From an uncultured Candidatus Binatia bacterium (lineage in GTDB: Bacteria > Desulfobacterota > Binatia > UBA9968 > JAJDTQ01): a stretch of DNA of 64,000 bases. Below, one piece after another: positions 58,793 through 64,000 of the stretch. The translations under genes were made by a program, and so were the position numbers. A model generated the notes under the pieces. The model saw nothing but the letters and a program-made list of their open reading frames with translations. It had not been told where the DNA came from and did not search any database. Location of the stretch: NCBI GenBank assembly GCA_965242525.1, contig OZ251459.1, positions 3,840,001 to 3,904,000 on the forward strand, written 5' to 3'. Numbering within the stretch: the first letter of the stretch is position 1; each line of letters opens with the position of its first letter.

Positions 58793-58835
58793 AACCTTGC
58801 AATTTATCCATAGAGTGGATAAATTGCAAGGTTAT
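58791..58835. promoter_or_regulatory. Perfect 20 bp inverted repeat over the AAA-DUF4143 start (operator or RBS hairpin)
   Basis: ataaccttgcaatttatcca-tagag-tggataaattgcaaggttat. Confidence 0.7.
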
Positions 58836-58873
58836 TGGGGGAACACGCCTGTTTCAAGGAAAGCCCGTTTCAG

Positions 58874-58934
58874 GGAAACCCTGAACGATCATCCCCGTTC
58901 GTCCTGAGCGTAGCGAAGCGAAGTTGAAGGACGC
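58874..58934 (-). repeat. REP-like element, copy 6, with outer arm
   Basis: ggaaaccctgaacgat...ccgttcgtcctgagcgtagcgaagcgaagttgaaggacgc. Confidence 0.85.
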
Positions 58935-59035
58935 GGTTTCCAGGAGATCCTTCGGTAGTCCTGCCGCACGGCGAAAGGGAAGTCCGTCCGAGTCGGCGGA
59001 TCGTCGCGGGAGGCAGGGCCGGACGGCGTCCGGGG

Positions 59036-59926
59036 TCAGATGACCTTGTTCAGCGGGTACTCGATGACGCCCACGGCGCCGTTGCGGGTCAACTCGGGGA
59101 TGAGCTCGCGGACCACGTCTTCGGCGATGACGCTTTCCAGCGAAAACCATTTCTTGCCGCCCAGGGCCGGGGTCTGGTAGAGGGTCGCCACCGTGGGCGC
59201 GGTCAGGCTGGGGATCAGGTCGATGACCTTCTCCAGGTCCGACTCCATGACGTTCATCTTGATGCCGACCTTGTGTTCCGCGGCCAACGCCCCCTGGAGC
59301 AGCATGCTGATCTGCTCGACCTTGGAACGCTTCCAGGGCTCCCGCCATGCGGACTTGTTGGCGATGAGCTGGGGCGCGGACTCCAGCAGGTCCGCCACGA
59401 TCCGCAGCCCGTGGGCCCGTATGGTGCTTCCCGTCTCGGTCACCTCGACGATGGCGTCCACCAAGCCCTCCGCGGCCTTGGCCTCGGTGGCCCCCCAGGA
59501 GAACTCCACCTCCACCGGCGTGTGGCGCGTCTCGAACAGCCGCCGGGTGAAGTTGACCATTTCGGTGGCGACCTTCTTGCCCTTCAGGTCTTCGATCTTC
59601 CGCACCGGCGAGTCGTGGGGCACCGCCAGCACCCAGCGCGTGGGCCGGAAGCTCGCCTTGGCGTACACCAGCTCGGTGACGAACTCGACCTGCGAGTCGT
59701 TCTCCTGGATCCAGTCCTTGCCGGTGATGCCGGCGTCCAGGGTGCCGGACTCCACGTACCGGGACATCTCCTGGGCGCGCACGACGCTACAGTGGAGGGA
59801 GTCGTCGTCCACGGACGGGAAATAGCTCCGGTCCATGCCGGTGATCTTCCATCCCGACTTTCGGAACAGCTCGATGGTGGCCTTCTCCAGGCTCCCCTTC
59901 GGAAGACCGAGCTTGAGTTGCTTCAC
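59036..59926 (-). CDS. hisG: ATP phosphoribosyltransferase (long form)
   Basis: GTG start overlapping the hisI stop; [33 protein letters not shown]; C-terminal regulatory domain. Confidence 0.95.
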   Translation of the reverse strand: MKQLKLGLPKGSLEKATIELFRKSGWKITGMDRSYFPSVDDDSLHCSVVRAQEMSRYVESGTLDAGITGKDWIQENDSQVEFVTELVYAKASFRPTRWVLAVPHDSPVRKIEDLKGKKVATEMVNFTRRLFETRHTPVEVEFSWGATEAKAAEGLVDAIVEVTETGSTIRAHGLRIVADLLESAPQLIANKSAWREPWKRSKVEQISMLLQGALAAEHKVGIKMNVMESDLEKVIDLIPSLTAPTVATLYQTPALGGKKWFSLESVIAEDVVRELIPELTRNGAVGVIEYPLNKVI

Positions 59927-60300
59927 TTGCGGTAAACCTCCTCGGGGTCGAAGACCTTCTCGGCGCAGACCTCCCAGTCCGAGCCGGCGTCGTGGCGGTA
60001 GAAGCAGGTCCGGTAACCCATGTGGCAGGCGCCGCCGCCGTGCTGCACCACCTTGAGGATCAGCGTGTCGTTGTCGCAGTCCACCAGCATCTCCCGGACC
60101 TCCTGGACGTGGCCGGACTCCTCGCCCTTGAGCCACAGCTTGTCCCGGGAACGGCTGTAGTAGTGGGCCTTGCCGGTCTTTCGGGTGGCGTTCCAGGCTT
60201 CCTCGTTCATGTAGGCCAGCATGAGCACGTCCAGGGTCTCGTGGTCCTGCACCACCACCGGCACGATCCCTCCGCCCTTGCCGAAATCGATTGCCTCCAT
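59923..60300 (-). CDS. hisI: Phosphoribosyl-AMP cyclohydrolase
   Basis: [29 protein letters not shown]. Confidence 0.95.
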   Translation of the reverse strand: MEAIDFGKGGGIVPVVVQDHETLDVLMLAYMNEEAWNATRKTGKAHYYSRSRDKLWLKGEESGHVQEVREMLVDCDNDTLILKVVQHGGGACHMGYRTCFYRHDAGSDWEVCAEKVFDPEEVYRK

Positions 60301-60522
60301 CCGGGTCCTACCTCTTTCTCACGGCTGTCGATGGGGATGCGCCAGGATCCCGACAGGCTGCGGGTCCGGCCGGTGGCGGCCCGCGCCATGCGGATGGGCC
60401 GCGGGATACGCAGGACTCGGGCCACCGGGTTGTACTATGCAAAGCACGAAATAAAACATACAAAGGGTAGGCGCGCAACCGGACATGTGCAACGCGACCC
60501 CCAGGGAACCGGGAGCGGCCCC

Positions 60523-60846
60523 ATGAGTGAATTCCTCGTCGTCTTCATCACCGCGGCGCCGGGAGAGGAAGCGCAGCGCTTGGCCGAGGCGCTGGTGCGC
60601 GAGAAGCTGGCGGCCTGTGTGAACCGCATTCCCGGCGTCGAGTCCACCTACGAATGGGAGGGCCGGATCGAACGCGACGCGGAAGACCTGCTCGTGGTCA
60701 AGACCCGGGCCGACCTCTTCGACCGGCTCAAGGCGCGGGTCGAGGCCCTCCACGACTACGACGTGCCCGAGATCATCGCCCTTCCCATCACCGACGGCAG
60801 CGCCGGCTACCTGGAGTGGATGAGGGCCTGCCTGTCCGGGGACTAG
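60523..60846 (+). CDS. cutA: Divalent-cation tolerance protein CutA
   Basis: KLAACVN, S.YEWEG, HDYDVPEII. Confidence 0.93.
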   Translation: MSEFLVVFITAAPGEEAQRLAEALVREKLAACVNRIPGVESTYEWEGRIERDAEDLLVVKTRADLFDRLKARVEALHDYDVPEIIALPITDGSAGYLEWMRACLSGD

Positions 60847-60891
60847 GACCGCCGCAGGGAACGCAAGGCGTCCCTTCTGGTCCGGACATGG

Positions 60892-60917
60892 AAGGGCAGC
60901 CCCATGGCTGCCCTTTT
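60892..60917 (+). terminator. Hairpin terminator between convergent genes
   Basis: aagggcagcc-ccat-ggctgccctt followed by tt. Confidence 0.6.
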
Positions 60918-60946
60918 CCCGTCGGGCGCTGTCGGATGGCGCGGCG

Positions 60947-62020
60947 CTAATTGCTGCCGGATGCCGCCGGCCCGCGCGACGCGCCGAAGGCTCCGACGAG
61001 ACCGCCGACTTCGTCCTGGCCCGAGGCGGCTACGCCGAACGTGCCGGCGACTTTCGATGGAGAATCCGGGACGGCGCCGTTGCCGAGGAACTGCCCTCCC
61101 CATTTCCCCGCGTACGACCGACCCTCGAACTGCAGGCTCGTGTCGCCCGTGAAGAACCCGCTGTTTGCGCCCCCGATGTCCGCCGCACCCAGGGTCACCT
61201 GCGGGTTCCCCGGGATATCGTCCCCATCCATGTCCTTGACGTTGAAGATGCGTCCCAAGACGCTTCCCAGACCGGCCGCGTCACCGAAATTGGCCGTCAA
61301 CTCAACCGCGGCGTTGAAGAGGTCCGAGTCCTCCGCGTCGGTACCGGAACGGGAATAGTACACGCCGTATGCCTCTCCCCGATAGCTCGCAGTGCCGGCC
61401 AGGGCCTGCAGGTTGCTCTGCGCGAAGGGGTCGCCGCCGTCCGCGAAGGCGCCGAACTCGAAGTCGTTGGCGTTCTGGCTGTTCGGGATGAATCCCCATA
61501 TTCCTGCGGCCATCCAGTCCGTGTTTCCGGCGGCGAGCGCTTCGGGGTCCGCATCCGTGTATATGATGAGCACTCTCTGTCCATCGGTCTCCCGGGACAC
61601 CAGCCCGATGCCGCTGAAGTCTCCGTCACGGGCCGTGCCCAATACCTCGGCCGCGCCGGTGTTGCCGATGGACCAACCTCCGCCCCCTGTCTGGGTTGCC
61701 CGATAGGTGATCTGCTGGGCCGCAGCCGTCAACGTGACCTCGACCTGATCGGTGGTGGTCCTCGTACCGTCGGCGTTCGAGGACTGCGTCACGCTGCCCG
61801 CCCTCGGTGTGTTCGCCGCAGCGATCCTGGCCGCTTGCGACCGGGTTGCGTCCACCGCGCTCAACGTGTCCGCTACCGTAGCGGACACTTGCCCCTGCTG
61901 CGGCTGCTGCGAGCCCATCGAAGGCGCGACGCTCCCGGACTTCTTCCCGCTGCAACCGGACGCGAAGACGACCGCTGCCGCCAATCCAGCGACGATGACC
62001 CTGCAAGTTCGGAAAGACAT
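60947..62020 (-). CDS. Surface lipoprotein with a TbpB/HpuA-like C-terminal beta-barrel
   Basis: Lipobox FASG-C; GTASYRGEAYG, VELTANFG, GKWGGQFLG, VAGTFG and LVGAFGA patterns; AGGAGG RBS. Confidence 0.72.
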   Translation of the reverse strand: MSFRTCRVIVAGLAAAVVFASGCSGKKSGSVAPSMGSQQPQQGQVSATVADTLSAVDATRSQAARIAAANTPRAGSVTQSSNADGTRTTTDQVEVTLTAAAQQITYRATQTGGGGWSIGNTGAAEVLGTARDGDFSGIGLVSRETDGQRVLIIYTDADPEALAAGNTDWMAAGIWGFIPNSQNANDFEFGAFADGGDPFAQSNLQALAGTASYRGEAYGVYYSRSGTDAEDSDLFNAAVELTANFGDAAGLGSVLGRIFNVKDMDGDDIPGNPQVTLGAADIGGANSGFFTGDTSLQFEGRSYAGKWGGQFLGNGAVPDSPSKVAGTFGVAASGQDEVGGLVGAFGASRGPAASGSN

Positions 62021-62234
62021 GGCTCGAAATCCTCCTTGCTGCTTCGAAACAACCTGTGTGGAGAGGTGAAACCCGACCGATGAACCTGACCGATCAATCC
62101 TACCAAACGCGCAACCCCGTTTCAATCTCAATCCGGGCGCGGTTCGACCCGGTGGAGCCCCGAGTTCCTTGCGCTCGAACCCGCTTTCGTCTAAGGAACC
62201 CCTGATCGAACGAGACAGGGAGAGGACAGGGAAC

Positions 62235-63614
62235 ATGAGAGACCTCCGGGAATTCATCGCGGCAGAGGAAGAAAGGCGCCCGGGCGCCCTGATCCGGGTG
62301 ACGGACCCCATCGACCCGAACAAGTGCGAGACCATCGCCTTCCTCAAGCACCTGGACGACCGGGGGCTGGAGAAGATGGTGCTGTTCGAGAACGTGACCA
62401 CCCTGGAAGGCAAGCGGTCGCCGTTCCCGCTCTTCTACAACCCCTGGGTGAGCCGGCAGTTCTGCGCGGACGGCATCGGCATGGGCGACCTCCGGTCCAG
62501 CATGGACCTGAGCCTGGAGGTCTCGCGCCTGGAGAAGGAGAGGGGGGATACGGAAATGATCCCGCCCGACGTCGCTCCCTGCCGGGAGGTGGTCCTGAAG
62601 GGGTCCGAGGTGGACTTGGCCCGGTTCCCCATCCCCATGCACCACGACCTGGACGTGGGGCCCTACTGGACCATGGCCTGCATCATGAAGGGGGAGTCGG
62701 CGCCGTTCTACGACATCACCTTCACCAAGAACCTGTATTACGACGCCAGGACCATGAGCTTCTCCGCCCACAAGCACCACCATCTCGAAGCCATCGTCAC
62801 CGAGAACGAGGCCAAGGACCAGCGGGCGCCGGTGGTCATCGTGATGGGCCACCACCCCGCCTTCTACTTCTCGTCGTGCTGCATGACCCCCTACGGCAAC
62901 GACGACTACCAGAGCGCGGCCGCCTTCATGCGCGAGCCGCTGCGGCTCACCCCGTCGGTGACCTGGGGCGAGGACTTCCTGGTGCCCGCGGACGCGGAGA
63001 TGATCGTCGAAGGCGAGGTCCCGCCCCACGTGCGGCGGTCCCAGAACCCCTTCGGCGAGGTCCTGGGCTACTACCAGGTGACCATGGACGTGCCCGTCAT
63101 CGAGGTGACCGCGGTCACCCACCGGAAGCAGGCCGTCATGCAGGACATCTGGGCCGGCCAGAAGGACCACTGGAACCTGGGCGGGGTCACCAAGGAGGGC
63201 AGCGTTTACAACTCCATCAAGCGCAACATCCCCGGCATCCAGGCCATCCACCTGCCTCCCTCGGGCTGCGGCCGGGTGATCTGCTACATCTCCCTCCGGA
63301 AGGAGTTCCCCAACGAGCCGAAGAAGGCGGCCATGCAGGCGTTCACCGACATGCCCAACCTCAAGCTGTGCGTGGTGGTGGACGACGACGTGGACGTGTT
63401 CAACGAACGCGAGGTCCTGTGGGCGGTGGGCACCCGGACCCACTGGGACCGGGACCTGGACGTGATCCGGGAGGTCCAGAACTTCCGCGGCTGGCTCGGC
63501 GACAGCGTGGCGGTGGTGGACGCCACCAAGCCCCTGGAGGGCGAGTTCCCCGTCCGCAACCAGGTGCCCCTGGAAGCCATGAAGCGCGTGGACGTGGGCA
63601 AGTACCTGGGGTGA
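62235..63614 (+). CDS. UbiD-family (prFMN-dependent) decarboxylase
   Basis: MRDLREFI, DLARFPIP.H, VPADAEMIVEG, PFGEVLGYY, VVVDDDVDVFN..EVLWAV.TR. Confidence 0.9.
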   Translation: MRDLREFIAAEEERRPGALIRVTDPIDPNKCETIAFLKHLDDRGLEKMVLFENVTTLEGKRSPFPLFYNPWVSRQFCADGIGMGDLRSSMDLSLEVSRLEKERGDTEMIPPDVAPCREVVLKGSEVDLARFPIPMHHDLDVGPYWTMACIMKGESAPFYDITFTKNLYYDARTMSFSAHKHHHLEAIVTENEAKDQRAPVVIVMGHHPAFYFSSCCMTPYGNDDYQSAAAFMREPLRLTPSVTWGEDFLVPADAEMIVEGEVPPHVRRSQNPFGEVLGYYQVTMDVPVIEVTAVTHRKQAVMQDIWAGQKDHWNLGGVTKEGSVYNSIKRNIPGIQAIHLPPSGCGRVICYISLRKEFPNEPKKAAMQAFTDMPNLKLCVVVDDDVDVFNEREVLWAVGTRTHWDRDLDVIREVQNFRGWLGDSVAVVDATKPLEGEFPVRNQVPLEAMKRVDVGKYLG

Positions 63615-63629
63615 CCGGCCCCTGGCTCC

Positions 63630-64000
<371 letters not shown>

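Overview
High-GC bacterial window. A Deltaproteobacteria/Binatota-like, possibly host-associated organism is inferred from gene style only. Left to right: the 3' part of a PaaA/BoxB-like di-iron gene followed by etfBA; a sigma54-driven small ORF; two low-GC orphans; a ~20 kb gene for a giant (~6770 aa) Ig/Calx-beta repeat autotransporter adhesin, whose upstream region holds a G26 tract, a REP element and an ISL3-derived miniature element; comM; guaB-guaA with a leader terminator; an accessory insertion after guaA (REP + dead GIY-YIG nuclease, then a ParB-ABC ATPase fusion with a TOPRIM/DUF3226-like partner); dnaE, hflX and an alpha/beta hydrolase; a ~19 kb defence island (type I RM, Schlafen/AlbA-HATPase with an unusual C-terminus, type II RM, frameshifted Avs3-like nuclease-STAND, ISL3 remnant, AbiE pair, AAA-DUF4143); then hisG, hisI, cutA, a TbpB-like lipoprotein, a UbiD decarboxylase and the thiC 3' end. 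Best candidates for new biology: the ParB-ABC ATPase/TOPRIM pair, the REP family abutting a GIY-YIG gene, and the RM-coupled Schlafen fusion. All family calls come from motifs recognised by eye; no searches were run.
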